A stretch of DNA of 64,000 nt from Macrostomum lignano (GCA_002269645.1 NIVC01003984.1:2445-66444), one strand, 5' to 3'. Counted from the stretch's first letter, positions 1 through 11,938 are shown. Numbers and translations: made by a program. Notes: generated by a model from the letters alone, not told the origin.

Positions 1-447
1 TGCTCGTAAGACGCTTTCTCAAAACTCACTGAGACTTTGCGTGGCTTACGCTGTTCGTAAGTCGTATCTGAAACGAAAAGTTTCATGTCTATGGTCATAA
101 ATATGTAAATATCTTTACTTAGTCTATCGTAAGTTGCTTTCGAGAAAGACCCACCTTCGATAAAGTTTAACTTGACTTGGCTTGACTAAAGCTTCACGTA
201 CTATGCGATTAGTGCTTAAGTGCGTCTTACGACTGATACCGAGCAGTCGTAGGGTTAAGATCAACCTTACGAAAGACCATAGACATACGAACGTTTCGAG
301 AAACAGTCTTTTGAGCAAAGTTACGAACTCGTAAAGTTGCGATCAATCTTACGCATAGCTAACTTGCGAGCCCTTTGAGCAACCCGTAAGTGTAGCTTAC
401 CCAACTTACGTCTATGGTCGATCGTAAGTTGCTTTCGAGAAAGACCC
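1..447. repeat. Probable non-autonomous DNA-transposon remnants (PIF/Harbinger-MITE-like ends)
   Basis: Identical 27-mer ATCGTAAGTTGCTTTCGAGAAAGACCC at 126-152 and 421-447, with many CTTACG/CGTAAG sub-repeats. The family assignment rests on resemblance only. Confidence 0.3.
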
Positions 448-817
448 CCCAGAGAATTTTCAGAGAAAACCGGCCTTAAGTGAAGCCTAATGCTTGATCC
501 GTTGAATAGTTCTCTGAAAACTATTTCACAAGCACTGCAACTGCAACTTTGTCTTTCGATTGCCCGACACGAAAGTCCCGAGCGCGCAATTTCACGTCTT
601 GCAGGAAATCTTTCGCTTTCGCTGAAACCACCTTGGCAGTCAGGAAGTAAACAAAAGAATTTTAAATTCACTTCACGCCGACAAAGCCAAATCAGAAATC
701 CTTAAAATTAATCCTTAGATAACCGACAAAGCCTGCGTGATTAAACTGCGAAATGAATAAAGCCGGAAATCTCTTTGTAACTTTCAAAAGGCATTCCAAG
801 GCGCGTTCCAAAAGGCA

Positions 818-825
818 TATATAAA
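818..825 (+). promoter_or_regulatory. TATA box of the small secreted-peptide gene
   Basis: TATATAAA about 80 nt upstream of the ATG at 904; matching AATAAA at 1223-1228 downstream of the stop codon. Confidence 0.5.
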
Positions 826-903
826 CTTAGCTGCACCATGACTTGACGAATAACCGCCCCCCCCCCAAGAATCAGCGTCGAAAAATTGCTGAATAAAACT
901 AAA

Positions 904-1131
904 ATGGCTTTGAGACAGATTTACCAAAGCGTTCTGCTTGTTGTTTCACTCATGGCTATCGCTCTCGCTTTCAATGTCGGTGTGATCGACGCAAGGCCTA
1001 GGACCGCTCCCGATGACGCCGCCACTACTGTTGAAGATTTGCCGAAGTATGGCGCGTTCCAAGACCAGGACTCCTACCAACTGCCGTCGTATTGCAAAAT
1101 ACTCTGGGCTCAAGGAGGAAGCGAAGCTTAG
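904..1131 (+). CDS. Small putative secreted protein or peptide precursor (75 aa)
   Basis: aaaATGG start. N-terminus MALRQIYQSVLLVVSLMAIALAFNVGVIDA-RP looks like a signal peptide with a cleavage site. Flanked by a TATA box and a poly(A) signal. No family recognised. Confidence 0.5.
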   Translation: MALRQIYQSVLLVVSLMAIALAFNVGVIDARPRTAPDDAATTVEDLPKYGAFQDQDSYQLPSYCKILWAQGGSEA

Positions 1132-2009
1132 ATTGACGCTGCGGAGGCTGATGCAGCGGTTTCGAATGCATGAACTGGGGCGCGCGATGATGATCTCACT
1201 TGCTAAACTACTAGCTAATTGCAATAAAAATCATAGGCAATGATCGCAAATTTTTGCGAAACTGTTTGACGCACTTGTTTACGATCAATATGTTAACAGT
1301 TGCTTTTTTGCTTATTTGTTTTTAACTGCATTCATTCCAAAATGTGTGATTAGGAAATTTTCTGCGTTTTGAATTTTCTGAACATCAGATCATGCAGAGT
1401 GGTCCCAAGTTTTAAAAATCTGGACTGGAGTGAAACCTAAAAAACCCTTCTTGCAAGGACGAACGCACACAGTGATGCGGTCTAAGCTCTCCACCAAACC
1501 TATAGGAAGCCCCGACGCTCCAAAAACACATAATTTTGACCTCGAATTGACAGCAATTATAATTCAGATAGATAGCTAGAGCTATGCTATAGAATTGCGA
1601 AGAACAAGAATACAGAAGACGCTTCGATTTCTTGAGTTGCCTTGTTGACACTGGATCGATTTAATGCAAAAGCACAGATTTGTCACCGACGTTAGATAAA
1701 CGTCGGATCGGGAATGTCGGCCGGACGTCGGATTGCTGTACGGAGGCCCCAAATCCATCTCCGGCCCTACATGTAGCTCGATCTTAGCTCCGCCCCCGGC
1801 CATAACCATAAGTTTTTGGGAAAAATGGCTGGGTCAAGTTGGTTAATGGCCAGCAGCTCTGTACTTGCCTGAATAATTATAGCCCTTCACATCCTGTACA
1901 GCAATTCGACGTCGGATCTCCCTTCTATCAAAAGCAAAAACATTTTTATCTGGAAAAAAAATCACCCTATTGATGGGTTTCGACCTTTCAGGCCCCTTGT
2001 GAGGAAGCC

Positions 2010-2403
2010 TTCGGTCCTCAGGTCTCAGAAATAAATCAATTAGAGTCCTGGCCCCCCACTCCTGTCAGATGGTCAGCCCCATGGTAGCTTGATCGTGTGG
2101 CGAGCAGTCTAGGTCCTATAGCTAAGAGAGGGACAGCGAGAGACAAGCAGGGAGAATTTTGAAGGTAGAAATTAGCTAATCCGCAGACTAAGCTAACTCG
2201 CTGCCACCAGCCCGTGCGTCCTGGCTCACCACACCGGGACTCTCGAAATCGGGCTTCCGACTAGAAGGGGCTTTGCACTTACCTGCCAACTAGTGTCTTT
2301 TTGCTGTCAATCTCGAAGTCATAGCCGATAATAAGGGACACTGCTGGGATTAGATCGCATTGGCCATGCAGGTACAGAGGGGACTTGTGCAGGGGATTCT
2401 TGC
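2010..2403. repeat. Dispersed repeat, copy A (diverged homolog at 61746-62093)
   Basis: Colinear shared blocks: TTCGGTCCTCAG, ATAGCTAAGAGAGG..AGCGAGAGA, AGGGAGAATTT, GCTAATCCGC, GACTAGAA, TACCTGCCAACTAGTG. Confidence 0.65.
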
Positions 2404-2671
2404 AGTGGCGAGTCTATGGGGTAGCTACATGTACTATCACATTGCTAAATACGAAGATATGTACTTTTGGCCTTCAACGCGCCAACTAGCCTCTCATAGC
2501 GCTGATGATAGACTAACTCGAACTTCAGAGACCGCATGATTCATTACCCGAGCCGCTTGGCTAACCTAGAGTGCACAAAGTACATCTCTGGCGCCGATTC
2601 TGCACTTCTGGCAGTTTTGCTCACTGATTTGATTGATTAATCGACTGAGAACTGCCTGGCCATTGGTCCAC

Positions 2672-3414
2672 TGTGACCCGCGCCTACTAGCTTAGCTACT
2701 CATCTGAGCCATCGGCGAACAAAGAAATAAAACCGATAAAAATAACTATTAGATTTAACCTTCTCCTTATATCTCTTCACACCTCAGATTGAATTGGAGT
2801 TTCAGACTACTAGCAGTATTATTAAGTGATTTCTGCCTCAGTAACAGCACTACTGAACAAAATGAGCAAAAGTGTGCGCCTAGTTCAGCTACTGAAACAG
2901 GGGACAGATAAGGGATCACCCAATCAAGCAAGTCTAGGTAGCCTCTCACCCAACCAATCAGAAACTCAACAGCCGGAGACAAGGTAATCCACAGTGACCG
3001 AATCGGCTTGATGCTTCGCAGCTGTAGACTCGGGATGATGCTGTCACGATCTTCGCTGATAGCTAGCAGGTGATGATCTTTGCTTGATGTTCGCTGCTGT
3101 CGACCGGGGGACTCGTCCTTGATGATGATGGGGGAAGTCGCAATCCGGGGATCAAGAAACGACGGTCGTGCTCCGGGAACCAGAAGTTGCGCGCTGGGCC
3201 CGAGCCAAAGTTGAGTCCGAGCGGGCCAAAAACTCCGGTTTAAATAGCCGCCAACTGGACCGCAGTTTGTTATAATGGAACACGTCGATTCTGATTGGCT
3301 GAGCCGTTTTGTTAAAATGAGCGCCGAATTTTCTGATTGGCTAAGCTTGTTGCTACCCAGAATCACGTGACCGAGAGATCCTATCAGTTCCCACAGGGTC
3401 GTAAAAAGATGACA
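2672..3414 (-). mobile_element. Possible solo LTR or LTR-like promoter block
   Basis: TG...CA termini. On the minus strand there are two AGCCAATCAG boxes (3333-3342, 3291-3300) followed by TATTTAAA (3245-3238). No target-site duplication found. Confidence 0.35.
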
Positions 3415-6287
3415 GGTGCGGCCATAAATTACTCAAAATCGCAACAAAATGATTTATGACCTTTCGCGTAGGTTTGACAGAAATTAATGAAAAAATATAC
3501 AAGAAAGCTCTTATTAAATAGAAAGTGAAGATAATGAAGAGAAAACGCTAATTGCTAATCCCAAAGTACTTTTAGGGGTAAAACGCATAGCTGTCAAAGC
3601 TGTCACACGCTTGAGTGAATCCGAACAATAGGCTCAGACCTCATTGATGGCCTGTCAAAATGATGAGAAAAAAAGCTACCGCCCGCATCCTCTCAGACCA
3701 TCTGGCGCCCGTCTCAACACTGAGTGAGGCGCGGGTGGCTGTCAGACCAGCTTCGAAAGCGATGATTTATGACCCCAAAAGCAATGCCTATGTTATTATG
3801 ACTACTAGTATGACCAGACATTATATTTAGTATAGATTTTGACAATTCGCAGAGAAAGGATAAAAATGCCCATCGCCCACTGTTAGTAGGCTAGTAAGTT
3901 TAGAGCCCATGTGCTAGCGCGGGATTTGGGAAAAGTGCGTCCTCATCACTATATTTTTCGGTATAAAACGGTACTTCGGTATTAAAGTTTTCCAAGAAAC
4001 GTACATGTAGTTTCCGTCCTTGTACTTCACTAGTAGTCCTTGAATAGCGTACAATTAATGTGCATAGATCTGTCTGTCGAACTCTAGAAGCATATACAAT
4101 ATTTATTGCTTTGTATTGCCAACCCAATACTCGTACAGTAGTATATAAAAATCCACTATACTAACAATGGCACACCTCAATTGCAGTGTTTTGTTTTTTT
4201 TAATATTTAATTTAAGCATTGACTGGAGAAAAATTTAAATGGTACTAGTGTAGCATAATTAGAATGGTACACTTATTAGTAGTAAGAGTAGCATATATTT
4301 CGTTAAGAAAAGAAAAATTCAAGTCGTTTTCTTCAGGATATACATGTACATGTACAGTAGCATCATCATAAATATATATTTTTTTGTCATGATGGACATA
4401 TTTGGCTATTAATATCTTTAATATTTTTACTGCTAACTGTAAACAACTGCAGTAGGGGTTACAAATAAAATACATTGGTATCTTCTGAGGAATTCAACAA
4501 TGATGATGCTGATGCTTGAAGAGTCCTACTATAGCATATGGCATAATCCAATGTATGATTACATAACTACTACAGATGCACATAGGTCGGTATGCATATT
4601 AACGACATGTATGTCCTAAACATGTAAGTGTATGTGGGAGCTTTTAACAGCTTCACCAACATGTGACAGCATCAGCCACTGTTCAATGCTTTTATCTGTG
4701 GATAAGTAGACTGGTATATGTGCTTGGCTGGGGACCTGGGAATTCTCAGGGGATAGGGGACGTGGCTGGGGATGTGAGAACTGGCAATGGATAGACCTAG
4801 GATAGTGGCTGGGGATATGGTATAAGTTCAGATGGACTGAAAAGACTTAAAAAAGCAGACACTTAGCGTAGATTCGAAGAATTGATGAAAAAGTCTGCAG
4901 TCAACTTTTACACAGATACAAATATAAAACAGCATACACACAAGAATGTATTTAGAAATTCACGTGCGCACTTTATTGTTTGGACAGAGCAAAAATAGCC
5001 AATAAGTAGGTCATACAACGTCCAAAAAAATCTGTTGAAAGTACTCCATCTGAAAAAATATAAAATTTGTAGTTGTAGTTATTTGCGTAGAAATCTTAAC
5101 TTTTGAATGGTTTCAAGTCGCATGTTTACACATACTACTTACTGTGGGACAATAAAAAACTAGAGTGCAGCGCGAGAACTCCTAGTATCAATGTACATCG
5201 AATGTACACCCGGGAATTGGCATTAGTTTGGAGAGCGCGAACTAAGAGAAACTATAATTAAAATAATTAAGATAACGATTGCTACTTTAGAAGGCGAACA
5301 AGACACAAAGCATAACAACTTAATGTTGTTTCAGTTATTGGAAAATAACGCAAGCGTAACGCAACGTAGTGCCAATGTTTTACAAATACAAAAGAATAGA
5401 AGATTAAAATAGATACAAACAACGGATACTGCTTCTGCTTGCAACAAGATAAAATCATTCCATTTATGGTGCTGATAAGCTTAATAAAAATATGAAGCTA
5501 AGGTGACGCACTTATTGAACTGTCTAATATATTAATATATTGTTTTTTATCCAGCCACCGATATGTATCGATAGCAAACTTTGTCCAAGACAAAAATAAT
5601 ATAATGGTTGAGAGTCTAGCATCACAATGGGGTCAAGCGTTAATTAATTAGTTAGTTAATCAACCGGATTAAGTAATAACAGAGCCAGTTATAGTTTGCA
5701 GGTGAATCTAGGTGAACGGTTGCTTGTTTAAGTCGATTTCGGTAGATCGTAGGCTCTGCAAGAATTCGCGACATAACCATAAATATAGTTTACTGCATTC
5801 TGTTGTACTCTTAGTTGACAGTGGACAGTAGAAGAAGCGATGGACAGAAGGGCGGCAGGAGCACTGGGATTAGAGATTATCTGTCTTCCCCGAGGGCTTG
5901 AGCATGAGTCTGAGCAAAAGGAAATCAGAGAATTAACAAGATCGCGATGCAGGTGATCGGGCTTCAGTCAGTCTGATATATCAGGAAATCAGGATCAGAT
6001 TATAAGATAAGAAGCCTCAGCCGAGAAAGGATTAAGGGTTGAACGGGATTTGCCTTGGATTTCATTTTATTATAACTTTTGCAGTACATATCGTAGGAGT
6101 ACAGTGGCTTTCTGAGTTAGAGCTGGCGGGCACATTAGCTTTCATTGCAACGGAAAATTTGTCAGACAAGTCGACTAGAGAAACTTCGAGACAGCCCATC
6201 GCAGTGAAGTACATGGTGTCAGACAAAGCTTTACTTTAATTGGACTCTATTCTGGCGCTTAAGGTTGGTAAGCCCTTTTCGTTACAG

Positions 6288-7065
6288 TAGGGGTCGGCAA
6301 ACTCTCTGGCCTCAAGCCTCTCTATCCGGCCCTCAGGCCCTCAGGTCACTTGAAACTTCCCAATATCAATCTGGGCCGCTCAATTCTTGCGTCTCCTCTC
6401 AACTATCTCATCTATAATCTCATATTCCTCTCTTCCCTTCTCTCCTCTCGTGTCTCTCCTCTTCTCTCTCTTCCTCTCCTCTCCTCTCCCTTGTCTTCCT
6501 CTCCTCTCCTCTCCCTTCTCTTTCTCTCCTCTCCTCTGCCTTCTCTTCCTCTCCTCTCGTCTCCCTTCTCTTCCTCTCCTCTCCTCTCCTTTCTCTTCCT
6601 CTCCTCTCCTCTCCCTTCTCTTCCTCTCCTCTCCCTTCTCTTCCTCTCCTCTCCCTTCTCTTCCTCTCCTCTCCCTTCTCTTCCTCTCCTCTCCCTTCTC
6701 TTCCTCTCCTCTCCCTTCTCTTCCTCTCCTCTCCCTTCTCTTCCTCTCCTCTCCCTTCTCTTCCTCTCCTCTCCCTTCTCTTCCTCTCCTCTCCATTCTC
6801 TTACTCTTCTCTCCATTCTCTTCCTCTCCTCTCCCTTCTCTTCCTCTCCTCTCCATTCTCTTACTCTTCTCTCCATTCTCTTCCTCTCCTCTCCCTTCTC
6901 TTCCTCTCCTCTCCATTCTCTTACTCCTCTCTCCATTCTCTTCCTCTCCTCTCCCTTCTCTTCCTCTCCTTTTCTTTTATTTTGTCTTTGCTGTCTTCTG
7001 GCCCGCAGTCATGCGCTAGATTGTCGATCTTACCCTTCTGGAGATAAAAAGTTCACCAACCGTTG
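6288..7065. mobile_element. hAT-type MITE with an internal CT-rich minisatellite
   Basis: Left end TAGGGGTCGGCAAACT, right end AAAAAGTTCACCAACCGTTG (degenerate hAT TIR pair). Degenerate 8-bp flanks CGTTACAG/AATTACAC. The left about 80 nt is homologous to 19174-19250. Confidence 0.55.
6388..6975. repeat. CT-rich 20-bp minisatellite (TTCTCTTCCTCTCCTCTCCC)n
   Basis: Read directly from the sequence. Confidence 0.95.
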
Positions 7066-7213
7066 AATTACACCATCAGTCTGACACGGAATGAACGAGA
7101 CTTTTAGATACGAATGATACTATCCAGAGCCCCAGACTGATCTAGGTAAAATAAGAATCTAATATAAGTTCTAACTGGCGTAAGAATTGACAAGTGAACA
7201 AGTTCCGGGTATC

Positions 7214-8758
7214 TCACCCAAAGCTTTCCCATTGTTTAGAGCCAGTAGCAGCAGTTTCAGCTGCCGATGTTGCAACAAAACCATTCGATTGAGTATCTAT
7301 CATTGATAGCGGACCGAATGGATCGGCGGAGGCGGCTGCTGCCCCAGTTGTTCGTTCGGAATTGCGCATTGGCAGCGGCGGTGGTAGATCGAACAGGTCG
7401 ATTAAATCTTTAGCCGCTGCAGGAGTCTCCGATGCTGTTTCTGCTTTTGCTGCTGCTGTTGCTGCTTTTGCTGAAGCAGCAGCTTGCGGCTGCGGATTCG
7501 ACAAGACCTGCATTGGCTGGAAGGGACTGATTTCAATATTCTGAGTAGATCGAATCTCGGCCCGGCAGAACGGGCAACTGCTAGTTTTGTCGTGCCGGTT
7601 CAACTTCTGCGACCAGTCTTTAAAACACGCCCGGCAGAGCAGATGACCGCACGGCTCTAATTTAAGATCTTTATTATTCTCGGAGCAGATTTTGCACAGC
7701 TCAAAACTGGAATCCATGTTTGAATAGATTTCGAATTCTTCAGCTGACACGGCAATTTGCTCTTTAGCTCGGCAGGATAAGAGGAATTGCAGATCTGGCG
7801 CCGCGCTGGGATCCATGCCCCTCGGATACAGATAGAGCCTCTGCTCGGCGCCTTCAACTAAAGCTTCAACGATAGATTTTCCATCTCTAATAACAGTCTG
7901 ATTAACTTTGCGACTGTTACTAACAAAACCAATTGACCAGAAGCCTAGCTTAGTGCAAGATCGGCGGAACACAAAACTAGCCGGCTTATCGCAGAGCTCT
8001 TCTAGGCATTTCTTCACCTCCTCGTAGGTCATGTTGACGTAACCCGGATGCTTAACGGCTAGCATCTTCCAGGTATTGAGTATGTTAGACCAAGGCATGA
8101 AGAGGCGGGTAAATACGTCAAATTCAAACTTGGACACATAATCATTCAGTGTAATATCAATGTCGCGCTTCAGACTCTGCGCTTCCTCAAAGCTGCTGAT
8201 GCAATGCTCTGAGCCAAATCTGAACTGGAATTCGTGCCATGGCACCAGGACTCGATTGCCGAAATTCCTCGACCACCAGTCCGACGCGTCCTGCTTAGTG
8301 ACACGGAAATGCTCGCTAAACTCGTTGCTAGGAAAGAATACTTTGAAGTCTTTAAACAGATAGGATAGCGTCATTGACATGCGGATGAGGGTTACCCTCG
8401 GCTTGCTATTGCTGTTGTACATCTCTGCCTTATTATGTCGGCACAACACTTTCAACTCGCGAACTTTAGCGTCCAGGCTTTCAAGAAATATGCGAAAATA
8501 CTCGTTATAACTGAGCTCAGACTGTCGATCAGTTGATTCGTAGTGCGACCACACCTGGCGCAGTTTAGTAGCAATCTCTGGCAGTGTCTCCAAAATAAAT
8601 GGCTGGTAGACTTCAAGACCAACGCTGCCTAGAAACCGAATCACCTTGGAGATGCGCTTATAGATACCGTCAAGGTGCTTACCCTCCAACGGTCTGGACC
8701 GGTCGCATACGTCATCTTTGCGTAAGGAAGGAAACTTCAGCTTGGCGTTTGACGCCAT
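7214..8758 (-). CDS. CBL: Cbl-family E3 ubiquitin ligase (TKB 4H-EF-SH2, linker, C3HC4 RING), intronless, 514 aa
   Basis: NDYVSKFEFDVFTRLFMPW, HPGY, FRRSCTKLGFWSIGFV (SH2-like), EIYSNMDSSFELCKICSENNKDLKLEPCGHLLC...CPFCR. First ATG at 8758. Confidence 0.95.
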   Translation of the reverse strand: MASNAKLKFPSLRKDDVCDRSRPLEGKHLDGIYKRISKVIRFLGSVGLEVYQPFILETLPEIATKLRQVWSHYESTDRQSELSYNEYFRIFLESLDAKVRELKVLCRHNKAEMYNSNSKPRVTLIRMSMTLSYLFKDFKVFFPSNEFSEHFRVTKQDASDWWSRNFGNRVLVPWHEFQFRFGSEHCISSFEEAQSLKRDIDITLNDYVSKFEFDVFTRLFMPWSNILNTWKMLAVKHPGYVNMTYEEVKKCLEELCDKPASFVFRRSCTKLGFWSIGFVSNSRKVNQTVIRDGKSIVEALVEGAEQRLYLYPRGMDPSAAPDLQFLLSCRAKEQIAVSAEEFEIYSNMDSSFELCKICSENNKDLKLEPCGHLLCRACFKDWSQKLNRHDKTSSCPFCRAEIRSTQNIEISPFQPMQVLSNPQPQAAASAKAATAAAKAETASETPAAAKDLIDLFDLPPPLPMRNSERTTGAAAASADPFGPLSMIDTQSNGFVATSAAETAATGSKQWESFG

Positions 8759-8988
8759 TGTTTGAAACAAAAAAATTATATTTAAGATTGCACCTCAATC
8801 GATCTTCTTTAACAAGCGAAGAAATTTAAACCAGATGAATGCTGGAATAGTTTATACATAAAAAATAATATTAAAGACCTATAAACAGGCAACGCGGCAT
8901 TGATGTCGCTAACACAGCTGCCAGCTTATATATTATAAGTATATAGTATGGCAAAAGCTACAAGTTTTGCAGTCGCGATAGAGAAACA

Positions 8989-9101
8989 GAGAGAGAGAGA
9001 CTGCAACCTCCAAGGACAGAAATTTGTTTCGCTTGTTGTGCGCAAGGCTTCTGAGCGTTCAGGAAAGTTAATACAGAATGGAGAGTAGGACAAAACAGAC
9101 G

Positions 9102-9132
<31 letters not shown>

Positions 9133-9240
9133 CTATTTGGTACTTCCGGTGCTAGCAAACAGGCGCTGGTGCTGCCGCTGTACATTCATTGATAAAACTT
9201 GACTCGAGCCAATGCAGAGAGAGAGAGAGAGAGACAGAGC
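8989..9240 (-). promoter_or_regulatory. Probable Cbl promoter: (GA)n tracts and an ETS-type CCGGAAGT site
   Basis: Three (GA)n runs and ACTTCCGG at 9142-9149, about 230-480 nt upstream of the Cbl ATG. Confidence 0.35.
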
Positions 9241-9470
9241 AGGGAAACACCAAGAGAAACGGAATGTGGCAGTTTTAATGCCGAAACTTTTTCCGATTTC
9301 AGAAGCTAATAGCAATTTAATACTTCAGCCTAGCTAAATATGGACAATGTGACTGATACAATAATTTATAGATATTACGTACGAAATTAGATCAAAAAGT
9401 TTATAAATACGTCAAAAGGACCTTAGTGACGATATTAGATACTAAATCTTGTTCATGTGAATTTATAGGC

Positions 9471-10608
9471 ATGTGTCAGTGAGGATGTCATGTGAGTCAG
9501 TGAGACTGTCATGTGATTCAGTAAGGTTGTCATGAGAGTCAGTGAGGGTGTCATGAGAGTCAGTGAGGGTGTCATGAGAGTCAGTGAGGCTGTCATGAGA
9601 GTCAATGAGACTGTCATGTGATTCAGTAAGGTTGTCATGAGAGTCAGTGAGACTGTCATGTGATTCAGTAAGGTTGTCATGAGAGTCAGTGAGGGTGTCA
9701 CGTAAGTCAGTGAGACTGTCATGTGAGTCAGTAAGGCTATCATGAGAGTCAGTGAGACTGTCATGTGAGTCAGTGAGACAGTCATGTGAGTCAGTGAGGA
9801 TGTCATGCGAGTCAGTAAGGCTATCATGAGAGTCAGTGAGACTGTCATGTGAGTCAGTGAGACAGTCATGTGAGTCAGTGAGGATGTCATGTGAGTCAGT
9901 GAGACAGTCATGTGAGTCAGTGAGGATGTCATGCGAGTCAGTGAGGCTGTCATGTGAGTCAGTGAGGATGTCATGAGAGTCAGTGAGGCTGTCACGTGAT
10001 TCAGTGAGGCTGTCATGTGAGTCAGTGAGGGTGTCATGTGAATCGGTGAGGATGTCATACGAATCAGTGAGGCTGTCACGTGAGTCAGTGAGGCTGTCAT
10101 GTGAGTCAGTGAGGATGTCATGAGAGTCAGTGAGGCTGTCACGTGATTCAGTGAGGCTGTCATGTGAGTCAGTGAGGATGTCATGAGAGTCAGTGAGGCT
10201 GTCACGTGATTCAGTGAGGCTGTCATGTGAGTCAGTGAGGGTGTCATGTGAATCGGTGAGGATGTCATACGAATCAGTGAGGCTGTCACGTGAGTCAGTG
10301 AGGCTGTCATGTGAGTCAGTGAGGATGTCATGAGAGTCAGTGAGGCTGTCACGTGATTCAGTGAGGCTGTCATGTGAGTCAGTGAGGATGTCATGTGAGT
10401 CAGTGAGGATGTCATGAGAGTCAGTGAGGCTGTCACGTGATTCAGTGAGGATGTCATGTGAGTCAGTGAGGATGTCATGTGAGTCAGTGAGGATGTCATG
10501 TGAGTCAGTGAGGATGTCATGCGAGTCAGTGAGGATGTCATGAGAGTCAGTGAGGATGTCATGTGAGTCAGTGAGGATGTCATGAGAGTCAGTGAGGATG
10601 TCATGTGA
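9471..10608. repeat. 21-bp minisatellite (GTCAGTGAGGATGTCATGTGA)n
   Basis: Read directly; lies between ZMAT5 and Cbl. Confidence 0.95.
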
Positions 10609-11087
10609 TTCGTGAGTTTACATGAGTGGATGGAAACGGTGTTCTATTATTAAAAGCTGACAGTCTGGTCCTAGCAATAACTAATATTTACCGAAAAACT
10701 GGTCATCTAAGATAAAAATAATAATAGAAAGAAAGAAAAAACGAATAAGTCTGTAAAGAATAAACTAGCCTCTAGAATTTACGTACGAACGCCTGAACAA
10801 GTTTTTATTAATTGACAATTGCAACCAAGTACATCTCTCTACATTGTTGATGCTAATAAAGTTTTCTGTACACGCAGTTGTCACCGCATTTACATCATTG
10901 CTATATGAGCATACTTATTTTATAGTCACAAAATTTACAATTAGGCCGCACAATAAAGCTGAGACTGTCTTTAAAAGATAAGAAGTGGGTTTAGAGAATG
11001 CAGTGAATTTGTTCACACAAGAAAGCTATTGAATTTAACTAGGTATATACAATGATTTTTATTTAGCATACAGGATTTTGGGTTGCC

Positions 11088-11918
11088 GGGTGAGACAGAA
11101 GTGGGAGATGCCAGGAGAGACAGAAGTGGGAGATGCCAGGTGAGACTGAAGTGAGAGATGCCAGGTGAGACAGAAGTGGGAGATGCCAGGTGAGACAGAA
11201 GTGGGAGATGCCAGGTGAGACAGAAGTGGGAGATGCCGGGAGAGACAGAAGTGGGAGATGCCAGGTGAGACAGAAGTGGGAGATGCCAGGTGAGAGTGAG
11301 GCAGAAGTGGTAGATGCCAGGTGAGACAGAAGTGGGAGATGCCAGGTGAGACAGAAGTGGGAGATGCCAGATGAGACAGAAGTGGGAGATGCCAGGTGAG
11401 ACAGAAGTGGGAGATGCCAGGTGAGACAGAAGTGGGAGATGCCAGATGAGACAGAAGTGGGAGATGCCAGGTGAGACAGAAGTGGGAAATGCCAGGTGAG
11501 ACAGAAGTGGGAGATGCCAGGTGAGAGTGAGGCAGAAGTGGGAGATGCCAGGTGAGACAGAAGTGGGAGATGCCAGGTGAGACAGAAGTGGGAGATGCCA
11601 GGTGAGAGTGAGGCAGAAGTGGGAGATGCCAGATGAGACAGAAGTGGGATATCCCAGATGAGACAGAAGTGGGAGATGCCAGGTGAGACAAAAGTGGGAG
11701 ATGCCAGATGAGACAGAAGTGGGAGATGCCAGGTGAGACAAAAGTGGGAGATGCCAGATGAGACAGAAGTGGGAGATGCCAGGTGAGACAGAAGTGGGAG
11801 ATGCCAGATGAGACAGAAGTGGGAGATGCCAGGTGAGACAGAAGTGGGAGATGCCAGGTGAGACAAAAGTGGGAGATGCCAGGTGAGACAAAAGTGGGAG
11901 ATGCCAGGTGAGACAAAA
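11088..11918. repeat. 25-bp minisatellite (GTGAGACAGAAGTGGGAGATGCCAG)n
   Basis: Read directly; begins about 20 nt after the ZMAT5 stop codon. Confidence 0.95.
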
Positions 11919-11938
11919 TGGGACCCCATACTTAAAAA

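Noticed and set aside
1085-1105. EYFAI in a minus-strand ORF resembling neuropeptide F
   Set aside because: There is no GRPRF-amide and no signal peptide, and it lies antisense to the better-supported plus-strand gene.
1962-2030. Hammerhead-like CTGAGGA...GGTCGAAAC on the minus strand
   Set aside because: The cleavage triplet would be GUG, no stem I pairing could be found, and the second repeat copy lacks the 3' half.
2767-3366. 199-aa minus-strand ORF
   Set aside because: It has no recognisable domain, uses a non-ATG start in the ORF track, and overlaps CCAAT/TATA motifs of an LTR-like block.
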